A program made the position numbers and the translations under genes. Of a stretch of DNA of 64,000 nucleotides, positions 32,232 to 41,940 are shown piece by piece (the stretch's first letter is position 1; each line of letters starts with the position of its first letter). Source of the DNA: Longimicrobiales bacterium (GTDB lineage Bacteria; Gemmatimonadota; Gemmatimonadetes; Longimicrobiales; Gaopeijiaceae); contig CBDCNQ010000005.1 of NCBI GenBank assembly GCA_965219445.1, positions 1,216,001 through 1,280,000 of the forward strand. The letters are read 5' to 3'. The notes under the pieces were generated by a model. The model worked only from the letters and a program-made list of their open reading frames with translations, was not told the DNA's origin and made no database searches.

Positions 32232-33521
32232 ATGCGTTCAACGTCGCCTGAGCCCCTTCCGCCGATCCTCAATAGCCGCCCCGATTGGGCATCGGGTGTG
32301 GCCTCGGCAGCGGGTCGAAAGGAGCTCAGGGTCGTTTGGATGGCGGCCGCGATTATGAACACGCTCGGCTTACCAGTGGGCTGGATGACGCTCTTTGGAG
32401 ACCGGGACTTCCCGGTGTACGTCCAGGTGGCGCTTCCCGCATTCACTCTAGTGGGCCTCCATACTCTCTTCGTTGCGGTGAGGGATTCCTTCCGTTGGCG
32501 CCGCTTCGGTCGTCTCGAAATGACGCTCGATCCGCTCCCGGGCTCGATCGGGGGGCACGTGGGCGGATCGCTCGAGCTTCCGATTCATCAGGCAGCGCCT
32601 TCGGATTTCCGGGTCATGCTGCTGTGCCTTCGCGATCGGCTTGTGAAAACGCATGACGGCTCCGGCCGTAGCGAATCGGTGGAGTGGGGGAAGGAAACGC
32701 TCGCGGAGCTAGGGCGCTCCGGAAGGGGCGTCCGGCTCCGATATACGTTCGAGGTTCCAGAGGGGTTGCCTCCCTCCGAAGAACCATCGGACGACTACCA
32801 CAAGTGGGTCGTTCGGGTCCAGGCCGACGTACCCGGGGCGGATCTCGACCAGGTGTTCGAGGTTCCGGTGCTTCTCATGGACCCGCCGATAGAGGCTCGC
32901 GAGCCAGCGTTGTCGGAGGCCACGGCCGCGGACGTCCCGACGTTGTCGCCCCGGGTCGTGCGAGTGCACCGGAGCCGCGGGGGAGTGACTCTCTCCTTCC
33001 CAGCGGGTCGAGGGGGCATTGGCGGGCTCATGATTCTGAGTTTCGGTGCCGTGTTCGCGGGCGGAGGCGTGTTCGCTCTCGTTAGCACCACCGAAGTCGG
33101 GGCTGGAGGGCTGATCGGTGCGGTTGCGGTGGGGTTCGGGGGTTTCTTTCTCCTGGTCTTTGGAGGCAGTGGCGCACTGATGATGTTCCTGGGCCTTTAC
33201 TCCCTGCTCAACTCCTTGGTCGTTGAAATCCGGAACGGTAAGGTGGTCAGCCGGAGGAGCTTCTTTCTCTCGTTCAAGCGGATTGCCCGTCTTGAGGAGG
33301 TTGAAAAGATCGAAATGCACGTACACAGCCGTGTTGGACAGGGAGCCAAGTCGTTGTCTCACATGAGAATTCGGGGGTTTCTTCGCGGGGGGAGGCGCAT
33401 TCCGCTCGGTGATGACATACCTTTGGGCCGGCAGTCGGAGATCCTTGCCGCCCTGCTCGAGGAGACGACAGGGATTCCGGTAGAGACCGTGAAACCCTCT
33501 AGACCGAGGCTACGCTCATGA
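32232..33521 (+). CDS. Hypothetical membrane protein
   Basis: Several transmembrane segments; stop overlaps the next start (ATGA); start uncertain. Confidence 0.7.
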   Translation: MRSTSPEPLPPILNSRPDWASGVASAAGRKELRVVWMAAAIMNTLGLPVGWMTLFGDRDFPVYVQVALPAFTLVGLHTLFVAVRDSFRWRRFGRLEMTLDPLPGSIGGHVGGSLELPIHQAAPSDFRVMLLCLRDRLVKTHDGSGRSESVEWGKETLAELGRSGRGVRLRYTFEVPEGLPPSEEPSDDYHKWVVRVQADVPGADLDQVFEVPVLLMDPPIEAREPALSEATAADVPTLSPRVVRVHRSRGGVTLSFPAGRGGIGGLMILSFGAVFAGGGVFALVSTTEVGAGGLIGAVAVGFGGFFLLVFGGSGALMMFLGLYSLLNSLVVEIRNGKVVSRRSFFLSFKRIARLEEVEKIEMHVHSRVGQGAKSLSHMRIRGFLRGGRRIPLGDDIPLGRQSEILAALLEETTGIPVETVKPSRPRLRS

Positions 33522-34840
33522 TTAAGAAACGGAAGCTCCTCTCGCCCCTGCTCATGGGCTCGATCTTTGCGGGCCTCGCTGTGGGTCTCGTCGTGGATCT
33601 CGTACTGCCTGGGATGGTGTCGGCGGCCCAGGCAACGGGGTCTGGCGACGTGACGGCACTCGTCGGTGCCCGCATCTGGGACGGAACGGGTGCCCCGGCC
33701 ATCCCGGATGGCATCATGCTCGTTCGCGATGGGCGCATCATGTACGTCGGGGCGCGTGGGGCCGTGCCGGTCCCGCGTGGCGCCACGGTCGTGAATCTCA
33801 ACGGCCGAACGATCATTCCGGGTCTGATCAACACGCACGGACATGTCAGTGACGTGGTGGGGTTGGAGGGCGGACAGTACAACACCCGCAATCTGATTCG
33901 CCAACTCCGGCTCTACGGGGAGTACGGAGTCACCACCGTGACCAGCTTGGGTGGGGACGGACCGGAGGCCATCGCACTCCGGGACGCGCAGTCGATGCCT
34001 GGTTTGGACCGGGCTCGGATCTTCGTCGCCGGCGCTGTGGTGTCCGGCGCCACCGTCTCGGAGGCACTCGCCCAGGTCCAGCAGAATGCCGATATGAATG
34101 TCGACTGGATGAAACTTCGTGTGGACGACAACCTGGGCAGATCCCAGAAGATGTCTCCGGAGATCTACTCGGCCATTATCGACCGCAGCCACGAACTCGG
34201 CCTGCGGCTGGCTTCCCACCTCTTTTACCTGGACGACGCCAAGGCGCTCATGAGGGCGGGCACCGACTTCATCGCGCACAGCGTCCGCGACAGGAGTGTC
34301 GACGACGAATTCCTGGGGATGGTCGCCCAGAGCGGTATCTGCTACACGCCGACGCTGACCCGGGAAGTCTCCACCTACGTCTATGAAACTCGCCCAGAAT
34401 TTTTCGACGATCCCTTCTTCCTTGCGCATGCCGACCCCGCGGTGCTTGACCAACTCCAGGAGCCGGATCAGCAGGCGAGATTTGCCAGGGGGCAGCCGTA
34501 CAAGGAAGCGCTCCAGGTGGCCTTGAGGAATCTCAAGACGATCTCGGACGCCGGTTTGCCGGTCGTGATGGGAACCGACACAGGGCCGGCGGCACGGTTC
34601 CAGGGTTATTTCGAGCACATGGAGCTCGATCTCATGGCCGAGGCGGGCCTCACACCGGAGCAGGTCCTCCGGTCGGCGACCGGCGTGGCCGCCGAGTGTC
34701 TACGCCTGGACGACGAGATCGGAACGCTGCGCCCCAATCGGTGGGCCGACTTTGTGGTTCTGACGGAGAATCCCTTGGTGGACATTCGGAACGCCCACAG
34801 TATCGAGTCGGTGTGGATTGGGGGGGAGGTGCTGCGGTAA
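33518..34840 (+). CDS. Amidohydrolase family protein
   Basis: IPGLINTHGH, GTDTG, IGTLRPNRWADFVVL. Confidence 0.9.
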   Translation: MIKKRKLLSPLLMGSIFAGLAVGLVVDLVLPGMVSAAQATGSGDVTALVGARIWDGTGAPAIPDGIMLVRDGRIMYVGARGAVPVPRGATVVNLNGRTIIPGLINTHGHVSDVVGLEGGQYNTRNLIRQLRLYGEYGVTTVTSLGGDGPEAIALRDAQSMPGLDRARIFVAGAVVSGATVSEALAQVQQNADMNVDWMKLRVDDNLGRSQKMSPEIYSAIIDRSHELGLRLASHLFYLDDAKALMRAGTDFIAHSVRDRSVDDEFLGMVAQSGICYTPTLTREVSTYVYETRPEFFDDPFFLAHADPAVLDQLQEPDQQARFARGQPYKEALQVALRNLKTISDAGLPVVMGTDTGPAARFQGYFEHMELDLMAEAGLTPEQVLRSATGVAAECLRLDDEIGTLRPNRWADFVVLTENPLVDIRNAHSIESVWIGGEVLR

Positions 34841-34880
34841 TTGGGTATGGGCTGGACTGGCGGACCAGAGTGAGGACCAC

Positions 34881-36611
34881 TCAGAGCGTTCGCCCGCCCA
34901 CATCGATCAGCCGCACGACCCTCTCGAATTCCGGTACGGATCGCACGGGGTCCCACATGGGGTCTGTGGGAAGCCAGATCAGGGACGGGGAAGGGATGCT
35001 TATTGCCCGCCGGAGGGACTCGGCGGCTCCGGCTCGGTCTCCGAGAGTCAACTGGAGGAAGGCCAGGTTGTAGGGCGCGTCCGGGTTGCGGGCCTCCGAA
35101 GGACCGAGAGCCCGGCGCAACGTCCGGGCCAGTTGATTTCCGCGCGCCTGGGCCGCTCCGGTGGCGGGCGTGCGAAGGTTGGCCCTCCAGACCTGCACGT
35201 AGGGATCCCGGTTCGCCGCGCTTGAACCCTCGAGAGTCATCCTTGCCTGCTGGCGTTCGCCAAGGGCCTCAAGAGTACGCGCTAGATGGACCCGGACACG
35301 GTCATCCGTGGGGTCGAGGCGAAGCGCCTCGGCCAAGACCACCCGTGCCTGTGTGTAGCTCCGAGCCCGAAAGAGAGCCAAGCCTCGGGCCCTGACGTTG
35401 GCCACTGCGCCCGGCTCGTTGCGTGAGGCCATGTCCACCTGCGTGAGGGCTTCGTCGTGGCGTCCACGAGCCGAGAGAAATTCGGCCAAGGCTCGGTGGA
35501 CGGTGGGGGTTGGAGCTATCTCGAGCGCCCTCTCGAACTCCTTTTCCGCCCCCTCCCAATCCCACTGGAAGGTGCCCAGGAGGGATGCCAGCACGGCGTG
35601 CGCCTGGGCCAGATCGGGGTCGTGACGTAGGGCATCCTCCAGATGTCCTCGCGCAAGAGGTAGTAGCTCGCCGAGTCGGCGAGCATCGGTCTTGCCGAGC
35701 CCGATCTGTGCTTCCGCGAGTCCCAGATGGGCACGGGCGTCGTCGGGTGCCAACGCGATGGTTTGCGCGAAGATCTCCGCTGCCCTGGCCACGCCGCCTG
35801 GGGTACCCAGCGATAACTGGTAGCGTCCCTCCTGCAGTAGGTCGTTGGCCTCCGGATCGATGGTTGGGGTCGAAACGGTGGGGGTACCGGGTTCGAGCGG
35901 TGGAGTATCGGCACCTGGGATCCCAAACGCCGTCCAAACCGCCAGCGCGGTGAACGTGAGGATTCCCACCCCCAAACCGACTGCGATCGGCCGCACGGAG
36001 TGAGGGGGGTGGGTGGTCTGGGCTGGAGCTGCAGGGGTCGCCGCTTCCCGTAGCAGGCTCCGGGTGAGCTCCGCTGTGGGCTCGGCATCGTAGACCAGGA
36101 GCGGATCGTCGTACCCCTTCACCATGCGCGAGCCGAGCTCTGTCAGAATCAAATCAGGGCGGCTTCGAAGTTGCCGGTAGACGTCTTCGCTGACCAGGAG
36201 CCTTCCGGGCTCGGCCAGACCCTCGAGTCGTGCGGCCTTGTTCACGCCATCGCCATAGATGTCGCCGTCCGCGGCTACGGTGACATCGCCAAGGTGCATT
36301 CCGAGCCGAAGCTGGTGTGGTCCCTGCGGCCAGCCCTCCGTGAGTTGACCAAATCGGAGTAGGAGCTGCATCCTACCGACGGCCCCGCCCTTGGCACTCG
36401 TGAATTCCGCCAGGACGCCATCGCCCATGAACTTGACGATCTTGCCCTCGTGACTCTCCACCGCCGCGGTCGCGGCCGCCTGCAGGGTCTCCACGAGACG
36501 GAGCGCCAAGGTCTCGTTTTCCGCGGCTAGGCGAGTAAACCCGACGATATCGGCGAACCAGACCGCCGCGAGACGGCGGGATCCGGAGCCTTTTTCCTGG
36601 GGAGTGTTCAT
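34881..36611 (-). CDS. Class III adenylate/guanylate cyclase with transmembrane segment and TPR repeats
   Basis: FADIVGFT, KFMGDG, DIYGDGVNKAARLE; one TM; TPR helices. Confidence 0.88.
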   Translation of the reverse strand: MNTPQEKGSGSRRLAAVWFADIVGFTRLAAENETLALRLVETLQAAATAAVESHEGKIVKFMGDGVLAEFTSAKGGAVGRMQLLLRFGQLTEGWPQGPHQLRLGMHLGDVTVAADGDIYGDGVNKAARLEGLAEPGRLLVSEDVYRQLRSRPDLILTELGSRMVKGYDDPLLVYDAEPTAELTRSLLREAATPAAPAQTTHPPHSVRPIAVGLGVGILTFTALAVWTAFGIPGADTPPLEPGTPTVSTPTIDPEANDLLQEGRYQLSLGTPGGVARAAEIFAQTIALAPDDARAHLGLAEAQIGLGKTDARRLGELLPLARGHLEDALRHDPDLAQAHAVLASLLGTFQWDWEGAEKEFERALEIAPTPTVHRALAEFLSARGRHDEALTQVDMASRNEPGAVANVRARGLALFRARSYTQARVVLAEALRLDPTDDRVRVHLARTLEALGERQQARMTLEGSSAANRDPYVQVWRANLRTPATGAAQARGNQLARTLRRALGPSEARNPDAPYNLAFLQLTLGDRAGAAESLRRAISIPSPSLIWLPTDPMWDPVRSVPEFERVVRLIDVGGRTL

Positions 36612-36939
36612 GGTGGGAGTACGTCGTCCCTCACAATGTCTATGCGGCATCTATACGGCCGCGGGCTCTTCGTATTATCAAGCCTACTTTTGAAGAATTG
36701 CCCTCGTGCCCGTCAGTGTCCACAAATACCGTTTGGCGCGGTTGGCTGGGTCCAACGGTTCCATGCCCGAGGACTCCGTACGCGTTCCCGCGGGAACGTC
36801 GACGCGCAACGGCAGTGATGCAGCGACACGGGCAGACCGAAGCCTTGCGGCCCGGGACGGCTTTGAATCTATTCCGGCCCATCGCCTTCGGCGGGTCGGT
36901 TGTTCGGGCCCGCCGGACCCGTATTTTCAGCCCAGGCTC

Positions 36940-38988
36940 ATGGAAACGAAGCGTCCCACGAACCCGGCCGCCGAGGAAATTCTCGGGGGATATTTTCCAG
37001 TTCTGGACCACGGGTTCGTCTCGCTCGTGGACTACATGGGCTCCGACGAGGACGTAGAGCGCGCGGCCCGGGTCAGCTATGGGTACGGCACGCGCAAGGT
37101 GAGCCAGACACGCGGGCTCATTCGCTACCTGCGGCGCCACCATCACACGACGCCCAGCGAGATGGTCGAGCTCAAGTTCCACTGTGCTATGCCGATGTTC
37201 GTCGCGCGCCAGTGGATTCGGCATAGAACGGCCTGCCTCGCCGAGGGGACCGAGATCTATTTCGACCTTCCCGGAGGTATCCGACGGCGGGGGAATCAAC
37301 TGTACAAGCTGTCGATCGAGGAAGTGTGGGAACGATTTCAAGCGACCGTCAATCGCCACCGTCCCGACAAGCAGAGGAATCCGTATTTCAAGCGTGATCG
37401 CGTGAAGGAAATGCGACTGCGCCAAATGGATGAGGAGACGGGACGCATCAACCGCACGCAGGTCGTGGATGTCTTAAAGAATGGCCCTAAGCCCGTGTTC
37501 CGGATGGTGCTGGCCGACGGGAAGGAGATCACGGCTACTGCGGACCACCGCTTCAGATTCGCTGAGGGATGGAGGACGCTTCATCAGGCCACCTGTCTCG
37601 AGGAACGAGGTGGTCGGGCGGCATGGCGGAGCGGAGACTACTACATCCACGTGAATGGCTTCGTTGCAGAGGCTCCGGCACTGTATCAAGACAAGGAGTG
37701 GCTCAGGCGACAGTATGGCGAGCAAGGGCGGGACATCCGAGACATCGCGGAAGATTGCGGTGTCTCGTACCACACGATAAGGAAGTGGCTCACCCGCCAC
37801 GAGCTCACCGAGCCGGGTCGTGGCTGCTTCTCCGACGGCCATTCTTCCTGGAAACGTGACCTCACCTATGAGCTCGGGCCCAGCTCCGAACGGAGCGCCA
37901 TAGGACGATGGACCACCCAGGTCGCCCACAGGGTCCACGCCGAAAATGGTTGGACCTGTCAGCTGTGTGGTCAGAGGGCAGCTGAACTCCACTGCCATCA
38001 CATCGTCCCGGTCTGGGCCGACGAATCGAAGGCCAGGGAACTGCAAAACCTCACGACCCTTTGTGGGCCGTGCCACCGCAGCGTAGCAGGGAATGAATTG
38101 GATTACGTCGAGCGGCTCGGTGGAGGCCCGATCCGGACAGAGTGGCGAAAGCGGCCGCGAGTGCCGTGGAACAAGCTGACCTGCACTCGTTTGGTCCGCG
38201 TCGAGCGTTTTGAATATGTGGGAGTCCGCGAGACCTACGACCTGGAGGTCGAGGGTCCGTTCCACAACTTCATCGCCAACGGCATCGTCACTCACAACTC
38301 CGTGAATGAGTACAGCGGCCGTTATTCGTTGATGCCGCTCCTCTTCTATAAGCCGGACCAGGACCACTTCGCCCTTCAAAGCCCCGACAATCAACAGGGT
38401 CGGCGGCCCGAGGCCGCCTCGCAGGAGTTGTACCGCGAGGCGGTGGAGCACTGGGACCGCGTGCGTGACGAAGCGTCCGGCGGGTACCGATGGATGGTCG
38501 AGGAGGAAGTGGCGCGCGAACTGGCCCGCATCGACCTGCCCCTTTCCACCTACACGCAGTGGTATTGGAAAATCGATCTCCACAACCTCTTCCACTTCCT
38601 TACGCTGCGGGCGGACCCGCACGCGCAGTGGGAGATACAGGAGTTTGCACGAGTGATGGCGGGCATGCTCAAGAGGGTGGCCCCCCTCGGCTACGAGGCG
38701 TGGATCGACTACAATGTCCGCGCACACCCCATGAGCCGCGGGGAAATGGACGTTCTGCGGCACTTGTTGGAGGCCGATGCGGAGGGCGTCGGGCCTAGGG
38801 AGGGAGGCGAGAGCTTGGCTTTGAAGGATTTTCGAGAGTTCGGTCTATCCGGACGTGAGGCCCGCGAGTTCGTCGAGAAGCTCCAGCCTACGGACGTCCC
38901 CGATTACGAACTCGACCTGACACTCATGCGGCGAGCCGAAGACATGGCCGCCGAACTGGAGGCGGCGGTTCCTGGTTCATTCGAATAG
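36940..38988 (+). CDS. thyX: FAD-dependent thymidylate synthase ThyX, intein-containing
   Basis: AARVSY, HTTPSE, PMFVARQWIRHRTA[intein]SVNEYSGRY, RELARIDLP, HAQWEI. Confidence 0.95.
   Translation: METKRPTNPAAEEILGGYFPVLDHGFVSLVDYMGSDEDVERAARVSYGYGTRKVSQTRGLIRYLRRHHHTTPSEMVELKFHCAMPMFVARQWIRHRTACLAEGTEIYFDLPGGIRRRGNQLYKLSIEEVWERFQATVNRHRPDKQRNPYFKRDRVKEMRLRQMDEETGRINRTQVVDVLKNGPKPVFRMVLADGKEITATADHRFRFAEGWRTLHQATCLEERGGRAAWRSGDYYIHVNGFVAEAPALYQDKEWLRRQYGEQGRDIRDIAEDCGVSYHTIRKWLTRHELTEPGRGCFSDGHSSWKRDLTYELGPSSERSAIGRWTTQVAHRVHAENGWTCQLCGQRAAELHCHHIVPVWADESKARELQNLTTLCGPCHRSVAGNELDYVERLGGGPIRTEWRKRPRVPWNKLTCTRLVRVERFEYVGVRETYDLEVEGPFHNFIANGIVTHNSVNEYSGRYSLMPLLFYKPDQDHFALQSPDNQQGRRPEAASQELYREAVEHWDRVRDEASGGYRWMVEEEVARELARIDLPLSTYTQWYWKIDLHNLFHFLTLRADPHAQWEIQEFARVMAGMLKRVAPLGYEAWIDYNVRAHPMSRGEMDVLRHLLEADAEGVGPREGGESLALKDFREFGLSGREAREFVEKLQPTDVPDYELDLTLMRRAEDMAAELEAAVPGSFE
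37234..38298 (+). mobile_element. Intein (355 aa) with HTH and HNH endonuclease domain
   Basis: Starts CLAEGT, block B TADH, ends TYDLEV...HNFIANGIVTHN before +1 Ser; internal CQLC...HHIVP...NLTTLCGPCH. Confidence 0.95.
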
Positions 38989-38996
38989 TCGGTTTG

Positions 38997-39862
38997 GTGG
39001 CCGAGCGGCGCTGGTCTGGCCGTGGCTGCGCTTTGCTTGCCTGGTCCTTCTGCCCCCGGCTCCGGCCGCGGCGCAGCTCGAGACCCCATGGTTCCCGGAG
39101 GTCGAGCCGTTTTCGCCCCTCATCGCGACTCCACGTGAGGTTCAAGTGCGGGCCTCGTTCGTCCATGCGGAACGCCCCGGAGTCGGATACGCGGGACGCA
39201 ACATCGAAGCGGAGATGGCGATCGGCCACCGTCTCGCCCTGCTGCGGCTCGACGATGGAATGTTGACAGGCCGGGAAATCACTCTCGGAATCGAAATGGG
39301 GATCTTTTCCCGCTTCTTCATGGAAGCGGCCCAAAGGGACCTCATCAACAGTGACTTTCGCATAGGCTTCCCCCTCTCGATCCGGAGTGGTCCCTGGGAG
39401 TCCAGGGTCACGCTCCGCCATGTCAGTTCACATCTCGGGGATGATTACACCGTGCGTTTTTTCGCGGCGACCGTCGCGGGCGGCTTCAACCAAACTTCGA
39501 AGGACGGGTTCGAGGGGATCTTGGCTCGCAGGTTCGGAGAGAGCATACGCCTGTACGCAGGGGGTGATTTGAACTTCCACACCAATGAGGAGATGTCCCA
39601 GGCCAGAGCGCTATTCGGGGGGGAGTGGGAGCCGGTACAGCAAGGGGAGGACAACGGCAGCTGGCCCTTTTTCGCGAGCGACTTCGAGTACGGGAGCCTT
39701 TCCAAGCAGTTGGGGACCACTCTGGTCGGGGGTATAGGGTTCCGCGTGAGCGGACAACGCTTCCGGCTGGAAGCCAGGGCTCACTTCGGATCCACTCCAC
39801 TGGGCCATTTTCGAGGGTCGGACGAGACGTTTTGGGGTCTTGGCTTCTCGCTGGACCTATAA
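38997..39862 (+). CDS. DUF1207-like outer-membrane protein (start probably frameshifted)
   Basis: FSPLIATPRE, DLINSDFRIG, RHVSSHLGDD; the frame is open upstream of 39146 through a signal-peptide-like stretch but lacks an in-frame standard start. Confidence 0.7.
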
Positions 39863-39917
39863 GGCCTGTTGAAGAGGTACGGTGGATCGCGCGACTCCAA
39901 TCAACAGACCTTATAGG
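39856..39917. repeat. 62-bp intergenic element bounded by 17-bp inverted repeats
   Basis: CCTATAAGGCCTGTTGA ... TCAACAGACCTTATAGG (16/17 match). Confidence 0.7.
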
Positions 39918-39934
39918 ATCTCCGGGGGCTGACG

Positions 39935-40471
39935 ATGGAAGATTCTGTTCGAATCGAGGACCAGCGGGCCGGGGCACGCCGGACTCTGACGACCCTCCTG
40001 ATCACTGTCTCCGCACTCTTCGTTGGTTCGGTCCTGTTCATGGTGGTGCGAGGTGACCAAGGTGCTCCCGCGGGAAGGCCGGTCTTGGCCGTGCTTCCTT
40101 TCCTAGGGCCAAACCCGGAGGCTGGAACGAGTCCGTACGCAGGGTTCGGTGAGGGGCTGGCGGCCTATTTCGGTCGTGCCGACCCAAATGTCCTGGGTGT
40201 GTTCGGACCGGCGAGTACTTCCCAGTACGTCGAGGCCGAGGCTGACCCTCTAGCCGTGGGGCGGACGCTTGGGGCCGACATGGTTCTGGTCGGGCGTGAG
40301 GTTCCCGGGGGCTTTCCCGCTACGCTCGTGGTGGAGTTGTTCCGTGTCGATGATGGTACCACCCTCTGGCGAGGCGACTACGAGGTCGGCTCCGACGTGG
40401 ATGGGGACAGAAGATCGTTGTTGATCCGGGTGGCAACGGACGTGACCGAGGCTCTGGATCTTCCCCGCTGA
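39935..40471 (+). CDS. Membrane-anchored TolB-N-like/FlgO-like domain protein
   Basis: TM segment, then VLAVLPF...VGRTLGADMVLVG...TLWRGDY. Confidence 0.6.
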   Translation: MEDSVRIEDQRAGARRTLTTLLITVSALFVGSVLFMVVRGDQGAPAGRPVLAVLPFLGPNPEAGTSPYAGFGEGLAAYFGRADPNVLGVFGPASTSQYVEAEADPLAVGRTLGADMVLVGREVPGGFPATLVVELFRVDDGTTLWRGDYEVGSDVDGDRRSLLIRVATDVTEALDLPR

Positions 40472-40497
40472 GGTCTCCGGATCTTCCCCACTGAGGT
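40452..40497 (+). repeat. Tandem 23-bp direct repeat spanning a stop codon
   Basis: CTCTGGATCTTCCCCGCTGAGGT / CTCCGGATCTTCCCCACTGAGGT. Confidence 0.7.
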
Positions 40498-40573
40498 GTA
40501 GGCGCTGCCGACCGGCGCGGGTCGCACCACGACCCGGCCGGACCGGCTCGGCGCCGACGATGTGGCGGGTAAA

Positions 40574-41242
40574 CTACAGATCGCCGCCGAAGAGCATTGG
40601 CGTGTCGGATTCGTACCCGAGGTGCTCGATGACGAGCACTACCCTCCGATTTTCCCAGCCGGCCTGCGGTCCGCCCTGCCCAGGTGCAACGAGACGGACT
40701 GCGTCCTCACCATAGCTTACGGCCCTGACATGCTCCGGTGAGAAGTTTTCGGACTCGATCAGGTATTGCTGAACCGCTTCGGCCCGACGCTGCCCGAGCG
40801 CGAGGTTGTACTGCGCGGATCCAGATGGATCCGTGAAACCCTCGACGGTCAGAAGAGCATCCGGGTAATACTCGTCCACCACACTGGCGAAGCGGTCGAG
40901 TACTGGGAGATCCTCGGGTCGCAGGTTCGCCTGGTCGAACTCGAAGTACACCGGCATGTCGAAGCGAACCGACGTTTCAAGCCTTTGTACGGTGACGTCG
41001 AACTCCCTTTCGAGCTGGGAAAGGCCTCTGGCGAGCCCGTCCAACTGGGCCTCCAACTGGGCCAACCGAGCTTGCGTTTGACGGTCCGAGTCGTCGCTGG
41101 ACTGCTCGATTTCCGCCCGGAGGGCTGCGACTTCCGCGTCGAACTGGTCCTGCCCTACATGTGCGCACGCCGCCGTGATGCCGGCGAACGTCAAAGCGGC
41201 CCCCCGGATGAGGCGTGGCCGTAAACTGATGCGCCTACCCAT
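40574..41242 (-). CDS. OmpA/Pal family peptidoglycan-binding lipoprotein
   Basis: Lipobox ITAAC; YFEFDQ, EGFTD, YNLALGQRRA, NRRV. Confidence 0.9.
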   Translation of the reverse strand: MGRRISLRPRLIRGAALTFAGITAACAHVGQDQFDAEVAALRAEIEQSSDDSDRQTQARLAQLEAQLDGLARGLSQLEREFDVTVQRLETSVRFDMPVYFEFDQANLRPEDLPVLDRFASVVDEYYPDALLTVEGFTDPSGSAQYNLALGQRRAEAVQQYLIESENFSPEHVRAVSYGEDAVRLVAPGQGGPQAGWENRRVVLVIEHLGYESDTPMLFGGDL

Positions 41243-41339
41243 GTTCGATCCTCCCGTGATGAGATCCCATGCGGTAACCCGTGATTGGGTTTCAGTAGAT
41301 GCATGAAGGATGCCAGACTCCGAGGAGCCACACATTCGC

Positions 41340-41473
41340 GAGCCCGGCGCAGCAATCGCATCGCCATTCTGATCCCGTGCCACCGGGTGGTCGGGTCCGA
41401 CGGGAAGCTTACGGGCTACGGTGGCGGGCTGTGGCGGAAGCAGCGGCTACCGGAGATCGAAGGAGCCGGATAG
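41340..41473 (+). pseudogene. Remnant of methylated-DNA-protein-cysteine methyltransferase (Ogt/Ada C-terminus)
   Basis: NRIAILIPCHRVVGSDGKLTGYGGGLWRK with no N-terminal part. Confidence 0.8.
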
Positions 41474-41800
41474 CTGGTCGGTCTTGGCCGCCATGATGAA
41501 GTCGTTTCGATGGAGGCCACGGATCTTATGGGTCCACCAGGTCACGGTCACGCTCCCCCACTCCGTGAGGAGCGCTGGGTGATGGCCCTCCTCGTCCGCT
41601 AGGCTTCCGACGGAGTTCGTAAAGGCGAGCGCGGCGGCGAAGTCCTGGAAGCCGAAATCCCGCTCGAGGCGTTGAATGCCCTCTCGTTCCACGAGTGCCC
41701 AGTCAGGGACATGCTTGTGCAGCGTTTGACTTTCCTCGGCCGTGACTCGTGGGGCCCCGCGCTGGCAGGCCACACATTTCATGTGTTTCAGTTCGCCCAT
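41447..41800 (-). CDS. phhB: Pterin-4a-carbinolamine dehydratase
   Basis: EEGHHP...[21 protein letters not shown]. Confidence 0.92.
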   Translation of the reverse strand: MGELKHMKCVACQRGAPRVTAEESQTLHKHVPDWALVEREGIQRLERDFGFQDFAAALAFTNSVGSLADEEGHHPALLTEWGSVTVTWWTHKIRGLHRNDFIMAAKTDQLSGSFDLR

Positions 41801-41940
41801 ATCAGACTCACCCTGGAAGGCTGTTGAACAACACAGCGGGCCGTCGAGGCTCTGTACGATCACGAGAAGAAATATACCCTCGACATAGCTTTTTGGACGC
41901 GGTCCGTTGCACGGTCACTCGTCAGTGTCGATCTTGCCGG

